Origin: Utricularia gibba
Lineage: Eukaryota > Plantae > Magnoliophyta
Assembly (NCBI GenBank): GCA_002189035.1
Contig: CM007989.1
Location: 6,820,001 to 6,884,000 of the forward strand
Direction of reading: 5' to 3'
Length of the DNA: 64,000 bases
In this document: one piece after another, positions 1 to 14,072 of the stretch
How positions within the stretch are numbered: the first letter of the stretch is position 1
Layout of the letters: the number at the start of each line of letters is the position of its first letter
Program-made: the position numbers and the translations under genes
The notes under the pieces: generated by a model
Told to the model about the DNA's origin: nothing
Seen by the model: only the letters and a program-made list of their open reading frames with translations
Database searches by the model: none

Positions 1-24
1 TTTCAAACCAACAAAATCAACCAC

Positions 25-2121
25 CTTTATGAAAGCCTCTGGAGATGGACAGTTCTGATCATCGGATAACTTCAATGTGCATTCTGCTGCTGTTCTACCA
101 TCACGGAGGGCCACCGCCTTGAAGAATTTCAGTAGATTGTTTCGGTCCTTTTTGGAAAGTTCAGCTGTCATCCCAACATCAAGTAGGATGATGCTTGGTT
201 TTGAATTAAACAGGGGTTTTCCGGAACCTCTGTTCTTCAATTCTTTGACAAGGATGTTTCCTGGATGCAAGTCGGCATGAATGAAATTATCCACCTGAAA
301 ATTGGAAACATTAAGTGCAACATATTCTTAAGGAACGAGGAAGTTGCTTCTGCCATTGTGATCATTCCAGTTCGTGAAAAAAACCTTGAGTCATATTCAA
401 GACATGTAATGAAAGTGATCTATTCACGTACAACAAGAATTGTTGTATTATTATGAGCACAAGCACCTCCTCTGACAGTACTAAAAAATCTGGTAAATAA
501 TCAAAACGTTACCAGAAGCATCTTCAGAAGTGTGGTAGTCCCAATATGAGCTAGTGCAGTTTTGACTTGGCCCTGCCCTTCAAATTTGTCAACATAATAG
601 AGGATACTAGATCCGCTCTCATATGATTCAACCAAAACAGCAGGATGCACAAGGGGATAAATTGGCTTTGGAAACGATACATCTTTTGAGTGACGGAAAT
701 TGTAGATGAAACGGCTCAAGTTAGCTGCTTCCCTAGCAAGGTCAACCTGTGACATCATAAAAACTGCAAACTGTTGTGCGCTTTCATCCAACCTTAACCA
801 TTTCAAATTAGGGATGTATCTCGAATATTTTGCAAATAGATTAATGAGAACAAAATCTCTGTGGATTGCTTCTCTAACACCTGGATGTCTAACTTTAACT
901 GCAACAATATGCTTCGCCTGCTGTCCATGATGTCTTGATCTTAGTGTAGCTTTATGAACTTGAGCTATGCTTCCTGATGCCACAGGTTCTTCTTCAAACT
1001 GGTCAAAAAGTTCACCAAGCTCATGCCCGAATGCTTTCTCAATTGTGCTTTTTGTATACGAGAAGCTATGAGCGGGTGCTTTAGAGTGAAGTTGGCAAAG
1101 CTCATTACAAAGATCCTTCGGGAACAGATCAGGCCTTGCTGCAGCCCATTGGCCCCATTTGATAAACGCAGGACCAGCTTTTTCTAATGTTACACGGACA
1201 CTACGTATCCATGACCTCCTGAACTCAATGCTCAGGGAATCAGCAAATGGAGCCATTAATATGCAAGGAGAAAACAAAAATGCCAGGTACAAGGCTCTCA
1301 CAATCAATCTCAAACCCTCGAGGATAGAATGCAAAACCCGCACCACATAAAACTGCTGATCGTTAGGATGTCTGTAGAATATATTCTTCGGAAAATAATC
1401 TGCCTGAGCATAAGTTCCTTCATTCCATGCTAGTTCTCCAATGATAAGAGCTAGAATGCCAGGTGCTACCAGGTGCGAACGAGTTAAAGAAAGGCTCACG
1501 GCACAAGCCATCCTACTTATCGGTGGCAAAGTTGGTTTGTTGTGACAATACATTTCAGAAAACCATCTCCAAACGGCTTTAACAGGATAAGAAAGTCTGT
1601 AACTTGTATACGAAACATGAATGGCCCTTAGTCCACTGTTTTTCAGTAACCCTTTAACATTACGTGACATATGTGAAGAACATCCTCCACCACGAACAAT
1701 GCAGTATGAGTGAAGGAATTTCGCAGAAGATGACGCCTGATTATGCATCATCTTATTGCAGAGACTCCTCCAATGTTTGGAGGACCGTGCCACCCGCCTC
1801 GAGCAGTCATTTGAAAAAAACCTGCACTTTACATAATGGTATTATATCTTAAATCCATATAAAAAGAAAATCTCAAAATTAGCACATTGGTGTCGACACA
1901 AATTCTCCGGCTCAATGCAACAATGACCATCAAATCCAGAAAATTATCTTAAGATAGATAAGATGTTCCCAGCAGCATGTAGTTTCGTTAAACTCAGGTA
2001 ATCCTCCATAGTTGACTGACTAACTGACTGACCTCATCGCTTCAGCAATCTCTACTCTACTACCAAATACCAAAACATCAACACAAAAAAAAAATCGAAC
2101 ATAGAACCTTGAATAAGCCAT
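25..2121 (-). CDS. ABC1/UbiB atypical kinase (ADCK2-like, probably mitochondrial); 3' end lies beyond the left window edge
   Basis: Exons 2121-2108 (MAYSR), 1821-513 (PAFIKWGQWAAARPDLF, EEPVASGSIAQVHKA, VAVKVRHP) and 294-25 (NFIHADLHPGNILV, LLDVGMTAEL). GT-AG junctions join in frame. Confidence 0.92.
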
Positions 2122-3840
2122 GAGATCGCGAAATTGAGACAATGGTGCGCCGACGAACAGGAATAACAAGCATTCATCTTAGCGTGGATTACGACAACAT
2201 ATTCCTGCGAAAGTAAGTCTCAAAGACCTCGAGCATCGTCCGATTAGAGGCTTCGGGAAGCCGATCGCGTTTTCCCGCAAGTGACAGCTGCGTGTCGACG
2301 GTGTGGCGACGAAGGAATCGCATAACAAATATGAAATATTCCGATCAGGAACCGATTAAAAAAAATCTGACGGTTGGATCTCATTCTTCTTCCATCAAGA
2401 AGACGCTGCCACGTGGTATCAATACTCAGAATACTTTCCATCTCCAGAAGGTGCCGTGGCCCGTAACAAGCCGTTACCAGAGCCCATTATAAAGCCCCAT
2501 TTTATTATTGGGCCTTCAATACGTTCACGCAATATTTTAAAAATAAGTTAAGATCCATCATCAATTTTGAGTGAATTTTCTTATAATAAATCAAATCAAA
2601 TTCATTATTTTTGATTATTCTTATAATTTAATTTACTAAATAATTAAATATAAATATACATATATTTGAAAAACATCATAACTCAAAATAAAATAAAAAT
2701 ATTTATCAAAGATTTTTAAATTTTCAAAATATTTAAAAACATATAATATAATTTAATATTAAATAATATTTAAAAAACATCATTCCACCCTTACCTCGAT
2801 AAATTCATTGTGGTATTCATTGATAATATTCTAATATATTCCCCTAATTTGAACATCAACCATTAGCACTTATCCAAAACCTTTGAATTGTGTGAGAAAC
2901 GACTCTATGCCAAACGGATAAAGTGTGAGTTCTTCCTCTCTAGTGTGTTAATTATGTCCAATAGAGACTTGTGTTTCATCATAAGGTTATGGATAATATT
3001 ACAATAAACCTTAGATACGAAATTAATTACAATTAAACTGTTTTATACCATGCACCCTTCGAATAGTAGATTAAATTTCTTTAAATTGTAGTTGAACTAT
3101 TTTGAATCATGAATCGTTTTTACGATTTTTTTAACCAAAAATAGAAATTATTAAAACGAACAATTTAAATTAAATTGAATTCAATCAGAATCTTAGGTTT
3201 TAGAGCATGGGTGGGGGGAAGGCCCCCACCAACACATGATTTGGTTTGACTTGAGAAAATTGTAGCAAGTAGCGAGTGGTTGAGCCTAAAACAGCGATAG
3301 CAATGCAAAATGTATTAAACAAATTCTCATGATGAAGTCAAATGAAAATATTTTTATTTTTTTTTCATATTTTGGTAGTTTCAATGTAATTTAAAATATT
3401 ATTATATTATAAAAAAGAGATTGTATGAATATGTTTATTGGAATAAAAATATCATTTTTATTTGGCAGTTATTTATGTATTAAAATGGTAGTAAAATTGT
3501 ACGTAATTGCGGGTGCCTTTTTCATTAAATGGAACGTTGAAGGGATTACGCGCCTTTCCCATGTTGGTGATTCAGGGAGGAGTCAAGTCACGGCGAAGTC
3601 CTCTGTTTTGATTGAATTTTCCCCGCGTAGTTTCAGTGACGGGTTCTCGAGCTTCTGGAATCGCTCCTCGTTTCTCTTCCCCTGGTTTTTGCCTTCTTCT
3701 GCACGTGTGACCACAGCTTTGCTTGTTTTGTAGTTATTCTACACTATTTGTCGCTTGTTCTGTTCTTTTCTTCCCGGTGGAGCACAAAAACGACACTTTT
3801 TTAGAAGTGGATCTTGTTGAGGGAAGATGGAGGTTAAGTC

Positions 3841-6800
3841 ATGGGTGATGTTGAAGATGTTGAAGAAATGGTTTCAGGTCGCTTTTTGGAAAAGGTGGGA
3901 CGCTTCTCATGTGATGAATGACATGACATCATGAATCTGCTTCAGTAGTCGTGTTCTGGGTTGTCTTCATCTTTTGTTTCGTTGTAAATTTAAAATCTTC
4001 TTTTTTTTTTTTCGTGTACCTGATATTCATGCATTGCATAAGTGGTAGGGATCAAAATCATTTCTTTCCCGTGAAAAAGGACATTTGGAGGCAATTAATC
4101 TGGATCAGTTAAAATCTGGGTCAGAGTTATAATATTGCTTTCATATTCCCTCAGCTCTGCTGGGCAAGAATCTGAAGCTAGCTACTCAGAAGTTGATGTA
4201 CTGAAGGAGTACTACATCCCAGATTACATACTTCTCTCCGATTTGGAAGTGAAACAAGGATATAGTGTTCCTGAATGTCCTTTGATTGTGTTTGTAAACT
4301 CAAGAAGTGGTGGTCAGCTAGGAAGAGAAGTTTTGCAGACATGCCGCAAACTTCTTAATGAAAATCAGGTTCTTTTTCTACTGATTACACCCATCGAAGT
4401 TCAGTCGTAACTTTCAAGTTTAGGACTTCGGTTTTGCAGGTGTTTGATCTTGTCGAAAGAAAACCTGAAACTGTGCTAAGCCAAGTCTTTTCTAATTTGG
4501 AGAAGCACAAGCAAAACGGAGATAATTTATCCAACGAAATTCTGAGAAGATTACGTATAGTTGTAAGTTCTTCAAATGATACATGACCAGAGATGAAGTT
4601 TTTATCCTTGTATAGAAATATTTTAAGTAAATAGGTTACTGTCTCTTTGGTATGGGAATGCTACTTGTAGGTTGCTGGTGGGGATGGAACAGCTGGATGG
4701 ATATTTGGAGTGGTTTCTGAGCTTAAACTAACAAAATTGCCTCCAATAGCCACTTTGCCTCTAGGAACAGGAAATAATATCCCTTTTTCATTTGGTTGGG
4801 TAAGATAAGGCCCTTTTCATTCTCTATGATCAGCTCTTAATGAGACAGGAATCCTCGTTCTGAGTCTTTTGTTTATTTTATAACTAAATGGAACTAGATA
4901 GAATGCTTTGTTGTATATGGGCTATTTTCTTGTACTATCTTCTCCTTTAGCTATTCTTAAAAGCTTGGTTGTCAGCTTGCATTTGCTTCAGCCGTTCCAT
5001 TTTCTTACTCAGTCTTCTTGCACTTTCTTTTACTATATCTTAGGGGAAAAAGAATCCTGGCACTGATGATCAATCAGTGAAGGCACTTTTAGAGCAAGTC
5101 AAATGTGCAAAAGAGATGCAGGTAGACAGGTCGGTTTCCAGACCTTTTTTTGGATAGCTTTTGTGGGTATATTTGAAGTACAAGTGATGTATATGGTGTA
5201 GTTTGTATAACAACCATTTCCATGGTTTGCACCAGTTGGCACATTGTCATGAATATGAAGGATTCTGGTGAAGATTCATGCGACACTGTTGAGTTGCCAC
5301 TCTCATTGCACCCCATTCATCGTGCCTCTCGAGATGTTGAGTTGAACAGTGTACTAAAAATTCTTATACCCTGTTCTTCGTTGTATCATATGAAAGTTTG
5401 ATGTTTCAGCACTATCAGCAGATGGTTACTCTGAAAAGCTGATTTAATGTTACACTTCATGCTCTGATGTTCTCTGATTTTAGCTGCTCGTTTTGCAGGA
5501 AGGATATCGTACGTTTCGTGGAGGCTTTTGGAATTATTTTAGCATGGGTAAGTCGTTAATGGAGTTTATGTGAGGGAGATGAGAGCTTCATGAATTGAAG
5601 GATCTCTTTTTACTGCCCTTTTCCTTGGCTTACAATTTGTTCCTGTGTTCGGTTGTTTGGTACCTAAGATTCTTCTCTCTACAGGCATGGATGCACAAGT
5701 TTCATATGCATTTCACTCTGAAAGAAAGCAGCATCCTGAAAAGTTCAGAAATCAGTTGGCTAATCAGGTAACTGCTGCATTTCATTCCACTTTGAAGTCG
5801 AAGACTACCCCCTTTAGCTTCTCTCGTTCAATCATCTCATTGTTGATTGTCTTCCATCAAGCAGAGAACATATGCAAAGCTTACCTGTGTGCAAGGATGG
5901 TTCTGTGCATCCTTTTTGCATCCATCTTCCAGGTTCATCCAAATTTCTTTCTCTGATTCCACAAGTTTTCATCTTCTGGGAAGGGGCATCACATCTTTTG
6001 GATATGGGATTCACATCTATGCACAAGTCTTTGATTTCCATCTGGTTTTCCACAGGAACATAGCTCAGTTGGCAAATGTTAAGATAATGAAAAAGCCAGG
6101 TGAATGGATAGATCTTCACATACCAAGGAGGTGATCCTTCTTCCATCTTTACAATGTCAGTGCTTGTTGGCAGCCTTTCTTCTCACATTTTCTAGTATAT
6201 CTGTATCCAGCATCAGGTCCATCATTTGCCTAAACCTGCCAAGCTTCTCAGGGGGACTGAATCCATGGGGAAGCCCTAGCCGAAAGAAGCTTCACTCAGT
6301 AAGAGTTCATCTGGTTACAGACAGTATCATCAACTTCACTGCTAAGCATGATGAATTCTTGTTCCTATTTCCTGAAACAGAGGGACTTGACTGCACCTTA
6401 TGTCGACGATGGACTGTTTGAAGTTGTCGGATTTCGAGATGGATGGCATGGACTCATCCTGTTTACCCCGAATGGCCATGGAACTCGCCTTGCTCAGGCA
6501 AGCTCTCAAATATGATACTCTTCCTGGAATTGCTGCAAGTTGTAGGCATTATTGGTTTGGCCTACTTTTCTCAATCTGGCCTGCTACCATCGTTGGCTGA
6601 ATTCTTCGTTGTTTTGATGGTCCCCTAAGAGATACCATTTCTCCAGGCAAATGGAATCCGTTTCGAGTTCCACAAAGGCGCTGCTAATCATGCCTTCATG
6701 AGAGTTGATGGCGAACCTTGGAAGCAGCCCCTTCCCCAGGCTGCCGATGACACTCCGGTAGTGATTGAAATTTCCCATTCCGGTCAGGTCAGCGTTCTAG

Positions 6801-6913
6801 CAACAGCTGCGTGTCCCTCCAACAGCTGCAGTACACCATTTTCACAACAAAAAAGCCCCAGAGGGAGTGGGGAGGATGCACAGGGAATCTCCCAAGAGAA
6901 GAAGAACGCATAA
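3841..6913 (+). CDS. Diacylglycerol kinase (plant cluster III, DGK5/6-like), about 12 exons
   Basis: Motifs [70 protein letters not shown] and [11 protein letters not shown] across GT-AG exons (one GC-AG intron at 6498). The start at 3841 is inferred and needs one extra G at 4162-4164. Confidence 0.9.
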
Positions 6914-7430
6914 ATTTATGTGGCCTGAACATTTCAAGCGCTGTTGATCCCTGCCCTGCTGCATACCTTTCCTTATTCAGTGCCTATAGTTTATATGAAC
7001 CTTGACAAACGACAGACTTCTGTAATCAGCCACTCACATTTTGTCTTAATAGGCAGTCTCTGTCACTCACATATGGATACTGTTCTTAGGATCACCTTCA
7101 TCTCTAAATTGGTTCCTGCCCCAGATTTGTAGGCAGAGGAGTTTCTGTGGTGTCTTGGCTCGATCGACTATGACATTCTCTGAAGTATCAAAGCATGCTA
7201 TCAGTAAATCTGGCATAAGTAGAAGCAAAAAATGGAATGTCTACACCATATGTTGTGTGAATGGGAACAAGTCCTCGCAAAGACAGAACTGATTCAAGGA
7301 AATGAATAATAATGAATCATTCCTTCAGTATCCCAGCCAGGAGACCCAAAACATTCATTAACCAAGGTTCACCCTCGGACAGGAGGGTGATGTTAAGGAA
7401 AAAGGGTGGTATCATCTCGTTCACCGGGGG

Positions 7431-10366
7431 CTATGGGAGTAGAACTTTCAGTTCTCGCATCCACTCGCAGAAGCTTGGATCATCAAAGTGAATGAAGCTG
7501 CTTTTAAGTTTCATTCGTTGTTCAGCAGTCAATGTTTTCAGTTGTGGAAATCTGCCCTCCTGTTCATAAGCAGGATCCTTGTGAGCAGGTATCATGCGTG
7601 ATATGAAGTATCGAGCCTGTGAGCTACCCTCCTGCGGCAAACAAGACTATTTAGAATCACGCTTATTTCTGGTATAGACTTGACTACAGGTTGCATGAAT
7701 GAAAAATAATAACGGCACCTTAAATGCAAGAATTCGAGGAGCTGGAAAACGCTGTTCAGAAAGCTCCTCAGCCAACGTCCTACAAGCTGCTAACGCTGCT
7801 GCACTCTTTCCTTCTTGAGCAGCAAGTTCTGTACCCAGCCAGATGAAGACATCTGTTCCATGGTCTAGTACTAGCGCAGCATCAGATTGCATTGCAAGGT
7901 CATATGCTGGTAGTTCTTCAAAAGTTCCACCTTCTCGGTGCATTAGACAACGTGGGACCATCATACGAAGTGACAGGTCGAATGATGCATTCAGAAATAA
8001 AGCCCTCAAAACAGATCTCTCATCTTCATGCCCAATGATATTCCCAAGGAGGGGGCCTCTTCTGAGATGGAACAAGAGTTCAGGCAATGTCGAAAGCTCC
8101 TTCGGATAACGATGACGGAGCTTTGAGTTCGGAACCAATGACCCAAACTTGTATGCAACATCCTTAATCCTCTCATCGATATTTAATTGCATATCAAGGG
8201 CATCTGTGGCGCTTTTGGCTTGCAAAAGTGTCCTTTTCCCAATAAGAACAGCTGCAATATCTTCTTGAATGCTTTCTAAATAAGCGGAAACACTATCCAC
8301 AGTAGGCAGCCTCAACGTGATCACTCTTGAGACATCAGCTTGATAAATATTTGAATACTGAAATGAAAATTGGAAGTAAACAAAATCATTCTCGATGTCA
8401 CCTCGATTCTCAAAGGATACAGCAAAACACTGGGACTCCTCGACACTCAGCATCTGTATAGCAACAGCTTTATCACTCACAAATGAATCATGATTATCAA
8501 CATGCCCCTCCTCACCAGGGCCCACTACTTGGGTAACAAACATATCATCAGAGCATCTGATTTCCAGCAAACCATGAGAACCTGCAGACCTCATCGATGC
8601 CCTCTGCAGATTAACACCAAATGCTTCCCCAAAGTCATCATGGAGTACAAGAACACCTCCAGAGAACTTTGCAAGAGGCAGGAGCACAGGGACACGCACA
8701 GGACATGTACCAGCACAAAGTATATCAACCACTGTATTTCCACGGTGTGCCTTACGGCCAAGATCCTCCATCCATTTTACAGCCGAGCTCTCCATGTAAG
8801 CATAGTTTGGATGACTGAGAGAATGAGTAACCGAACCAGGACCATACGTGCTAGGACCTCCAGCACACACAATTATCCTGCTACTTCCTCCAGGTCTTTT
8901 GATAACCCCTCTTGACATTTCAGTTGCCGGCCCACGAATTATTCCCAAGGCAACTTCCACAGCAGCACCCAAACAACGGTCCCTTAAAACTTCAGGCACA
9001 TTGAGCTTAAATGGCCTCAAAGATGACAAGATTGCATGCGCTACTTGCAGAGAAGCGTGAATAGGGGACAAATATACCCCTGTTCCATAAATTAATGCTC
9101 TCAGAGCTTCTTCGCTTGGTGATTTTTCTCCAGAGAGTACATCAGCAGATGCCGTTGATTCCTCAGAGAAATCATACACAGAGACTGTACGCCCATAAAG
9201 CACAATTCCAAGTCTAGTAGTCGGTGGTAATGAATCCACAAATGCATGCAAGGAGCTCTGAAAATGCTGTAAATGTTGTTCATCTAAACATTCATCTATA
9301 ACCAGTACAACAGGAGCAACCGCTTTGGATGTAGATGGTGGAATAAAACCAGGTCTTTTGTTACCGATCATGACATAATCCACCAAAAGATATGATAACT
9401 CAGGCAGGCTTCGCAGATCTGCTTTGCTTGGTGCAACATATTCCCCATCACTTCCATTCAAATTCCTGCATATTACACACTGCCACTGGCCTGACCCAAT
9501 CAATATATTACAATACATATTGGAATAAGCCCCACAATTTTGGCAACGATGTGGATCACGCTGAATTATCTGAGGACCAGGGGAAACTTCCCTGCCAGTC
9601 GAAACCAATGCACCGAACCCTAAGCTATTTACATTGGCTAACTTCTTCTGTTTCAGAACCTGGGGCCATTGTAAAGACAAGTGAGCGAAAAGAAAAAAGA
9701 TCCAAGCATATCATAGGAAACGAGACTTGCAAGAATACATTAACTTTAAAAGCATTAATCCTCATTGTTGATTAACATGAATTCCAAAAATCATAATTCT
9801 CATAATTCTTCGCTTTTATGTATCCTGACTCATTCCACAAAAATGAAACAGCTGAAAAACGTGCAATTGCATAATTGAAGAGAAAGAAGAAATGACAATT
9901 TGCCTTGTTTGCTGAAAAGAGAACATTAGGCTGCTCTGCATATTGTGACAAATCCTCAGTCACTTCTGAAATTTGATGCTGAAATTCAACAGACCCATTC
10001 GAAAAATTGGCTGGTGACGAAGACGTTGGCAAAGAGGAACCAGAAGAGTAAGCTACTGGCTGCGGAGTTAAAGGAGACGTTCTAAACGGCACAGCAGCTT
10101 GTTGCACCGGCGAGGAAAATACAGGCGGTCCAGGGTAGAGATGCGCGGAAATGGGCTACCCATTTGCACAGCATTTGCACCCGATGGCAAATTAGGCGAG
10201 CTAACGAACGTAGGCGGGATCTGATTCGGATGCATAATCGGTGGTGGAGGATACCTCGGAATCGGCGGTGACGCTGATGAAGATGAAGGAAAAGCAGGCC
10301 CAAGTTTCTTATCTAATTCAGGAGTTGCAGCAGGGAGATTCCCGCAGACCGAGGTCTTTCCGCCAT
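7431..10366 (-). CDS. Sec23/Sec24 family COPII protein (plant SEC23A-like), 3 exons; two apparent 1-nt frameshifts in exon 1
   Basis: Zinc finger (CQNCGAY...WQCVICRN), trunk/vWA, beta-sandwich, helical and gelsolin regions in ORF 7647-9680. C-terminal exon reads DDPSFCEWMR. Pro-rich N-terminus from the ATG at 10366. GC donor at 9903. Confidence 0.92.
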
Positions 10367-11130
10367 CGAATTGTAGCTCGTGATCCCTTGAAACACTCTA
10401 CAATTCGATTCTAACAGTACGAAATCACAGATAGCCGATCACAATTGTAGCTAACCTTCAACAGTTACCCAGAATATCAATTTCTAATTCTGTCGGAAGG
10501 AAGTAAGGAATCCAAATAAAATGACGCCGGAGACCCAGAGAAGCCGCAGTCGCCACCGTGCCGAATTTATGAAGAATCGCCGGTATAACGGAAAATCGAG
10601 AGGCACTGTAACAGTAACCGAGGGCATGAACGACGCGTCTACTTTTTGACGTGGAAGTCGTGTTCTGTCACCAGCGTTTTTAAATCAAATTTTCTTTGTT
10701 TATTTATTTATTTTTTAAATAAATTCATTTCTTATAATAATGTTCTGTAAAATTTTTAAATGTTATTTTTATTTTTGAAAAAATAAAAAGTATAAATAGA
10801 AATTTTTATAAAAAGCAAAATCACAAATATAGTGTTCTGAAAAAATTATAAAAATAAAATATTTTCAAAAATTTGATGATAAAAATAAAACTAAGAAGTA
10901 GAAATAATTTTTTTTTATTTTAATTCTAACTTATTTTAATTATAATCAAAAATTATTTTTGTTAAAAACAAAAATAGAAATAAGAAATATTTTAATTAAA
11001 ATTATTTTCGATAAAAATAACAATAAAACCAGTATCCAAAAATTTTTCAGACTGTACCAACAACAACGCAGACAACCATCGTTAGAAAGCGATACAGAGA
11101 GTAGCTACAAAGATACAAGCTTGAAAAGGT

Positions 11131-12640
11131 TCAATCTTTCTTCTTATCAGCTGTCTTCGAGTTACCCGAAATGGTTCGATACGGATCGACTGGATAAGCA
11201 TATCGAGCCAGTACTGCAAAGAAAACCATCTCAATGATAACCATGGTGTTCTGTAGAGCTTCACTGAGATGCTCCACATCCAGCCAGAAATGGTTGGACT
11301 TCAGAATCCCCAGAGCTACCAGAATTTCAAGTACAATCTCCTGAAAACAAAGGAAAATGTCTCTCATGTTTCTGGTTCATCATTAGAAGAAGCATCATTG
11401 AGATATAAAACATCCCAAGTCTATAGAAACATGGTTCAGAAGGGACAGAGGCACCAACAATTCGCAATGTATGGTTCAAACCAGCTAACCCATGTTACCT
11501 CCTTACTCTTTATATGCAATCCCACATTTAAGTTCCACTATCCTATGAGTGAAACTTGAAAATAAAGAAAGAAGCCGAAGAACAAGCTCCAGAAAAGTAA
11601 TGCAGGATTCCCTCAATAGAGAAAGCGATATGTACCTGCCAGAAGCAGAAGAAGACGATGCCTTTGACCCATAAGAACTTGGCAAGCGGATTATGGGAAG
11701 CCAGCTCTTTTGCAAAAACATGGTAAAAAGTTACAAGGGAATACAGTGCAAGTGATACTGAAATGTTCAGGATGATTGTGAAAATCCAGCTGAGCGAATT
11801 GGTGTAGATGCCAAGAAGTTGAAAAGCTATCATCAAGACGGAGCAAACAGGTCGAATCACTACAAATTGCCATGTCCAGTCTTTTAAGAGTTTCAAAGTC
11901 TTATGGTCCAGGAGAACAGTGTGCGGCTGCATTCAACACAAAAGGCATAAGGTGAGGTTTAAAGCTGTCGCTAATGAGGCGTCGACTACTATTTTGACTC
12001 AGGTGGAAATCTTACTAGTTCATGGATCACTGGCTAAATTGGTGATCACACCAGCTTTTTAAAAATGACAAAGCAGAAAATAAATAAATAATATACTTCT
12101 GAAATGAAGTATATATCCTCCTTGTTCATTGACTGATCACAATCAGTAAACAGCTCACCATTGATTATCAAAAGCTTACATGAAACAAAGAGTACCTGGA
12201 AAAGTGATACTGGGAAGGAGTGATGAATTTCTCTTCCCTTTATTTCATCTGGAACAATGTTTTTGCTTATAGATATGTTCAGATATGTGTACATCAAACT
12301 CAGAAATTGTGCCATCACCTTCACATAAATAATTTCAGATCAGAACCTTAACACCATAACCCCCTCATATAAAATAGGAGGAAAAACTTACCACAGCTTC
12401 ATAGCATTCTTTGACAGAATCCAGAAAAGTAAAAAATGCTTTGCTTCCTTTTATATCAAGCAACCCAACATAAGAGTCAACAGCGTATAATGGAGCCATG
12501 AGGGTGATAATAACTATGGCTTTCTGTTCCTTTGGCTTCTTCCAGAAAAGGAAGTGTTGGGATACAAGTTGAATAGCGAAATGCAGAGTGAGCAAGAGAG
12601 AGACAGTTGTTCCAATTAGTGTAAGTTGTACACGATCCAT
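11131..12640 (-). CDS. TMEM184/OSTalpha (DUF300) LAZ1-like membrane protein, 4 coding exons
   Basis: Motifs WKKPKEQKAIVII, DSVKECYEA, KGREIHHSFP, WTWQFVVIRPVCS and KGIVFFCFWQ. Junctions are in frame. A 5' UTR exon probably lies near 13200-13310. Confidence 0.92.
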
Positions 12641-13877
12641 AGTTGAAATCCAGCTGATGGACAAAATGATCCAAATTAGGCAAAAACTAGATAGATTTAA
12701 TCCTTTTTATCTAATTAAAGCAGTTCAAAATTGCAGAAGCTTGCACAAAATGGGCAGTCATGCACATTACACTCAGACAACCAGAAGATCCTCCTCCTAG
12801 CCATTCCGGTTATGCAACTTTTAAGTCAATTGTGTGTTCAACAAGATCCTAAGCCAAGTGGGACCTCAAATCACGTTCCAAGGATATTAAGTTGCTTCTA
12901 GCAAATTGAACTAGAACAATCTAAATGTTCACACTTTTGAGGGCACAAGCAGTCACTTGAAGAGATCCCCTGAAGTGACAGCACTAAGACAATGAATTGC
13001 TACCTGGAATTTCCACATCACTTAGTGTATACAAACAGAGATCATAGCTCACGACACGAATTCATCCAAACTCCAGAATGATCACAAAAAATCGAATCAA
13101 AACTAGCACTGCAACCTTTAAACTGTCACCCCAGAATCCCACACCACATTCGAACTCGTTTGAACATCAAGCTGACACAATTACTCTCAATCATGACAAG
13201 GGGTGCAGATCGGGAGCGAAAAGGGAACTTACCAAGAGAGCCTCCAGTGTAAAAGCGTGTCCCCTTGGAGATGATGATCGGAATGAGTCGACTATGCCAA
13301 CATCGACAACTGAGTTGTACCGTGGGTGACCGAGAAATATATAAATGATATTGCAGTAAATGATGAATTTGACTCCATGGCTAACGTTGAAGGGTAGGTG
13401 GGTAGAACTGGAATGGAATGAAGTCATCCTCGTGGGGGGAACTGGAGCTGCCGAAGTCCAAGGTTAGCCCACAGCCCAAGCCACTTTAAGTTGTTGCAAT
13501 TTGGAGAAGGGATAGACTCCAATCATGTTTGAATGATGTCTCTTTTTTATCTAGTTTTTTAAAAAAAACATTTTCTAAGAGTATTTTTAAAAAATAACAA
13601 GTTAATTTTTTTTAAATGAAGAAGAGTTTTTAAAAAGTTTAAGTTTTTTAAAACATAATTATTTCGTCTTTAATGATAAAATTGATTATAGAACATATTT
13701 TTAAACTATAAACCATTTAAAATAGAATCTAATGATGAAGATTAAGATGAAAAAAACAGCAAATTAAAGAACATAGTTTTTTTTACTTATTAATAGTATT
13801 TATCAACGACATTCTGGTGTACTCATCATACATGATAAGCATAAAAGAAGCATAAGTAAACCAAATGAAAAGATGAA

Positions 13878-14072
13878 GAGTTTCTTTGGTGCAACTCCAA
13901 CTTTAATAAAAATATTTTTAAAAGTAATTTTCGAACAAAATATGTATTGCTTATATTCTACATGAAACTGAAAAAGTGAAATAATTCTATTTTTTTTAGA
14001 AACTAGAGTACCCTTGCTCCAAAAAAAACCAAAGCGTTTCAGATTTTTTTTGAAGTTGCACCAAATAACCTC
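13878..14072. mobile_element. Short non-autonomous DNA transposon remnant (MITE-like)
   Basis: 21-nt terminal inverted repeats GAGTTTCTTTGGTGCAACTCC / GAAGTTGCACCAAATAACCTC (18/21 match) around an AT-rich core. No clear target-site duplication. Confidence 0.55.

Noticed and set aside
7425-7445. Another G-run error at the SEC23 stop (VLLP* instead of a PPEP-like end)
   Set aside because: Adding a G does not restore the expected terminus, so it may simply be divergence.
13191-13427. 78-aa ATG ORF upstream of the LAZ1-like gene as a uORF
   Set aside because: It starts upstream of the likely TATA/TSS (~13310-13345) and resembles no known conserved uORF.
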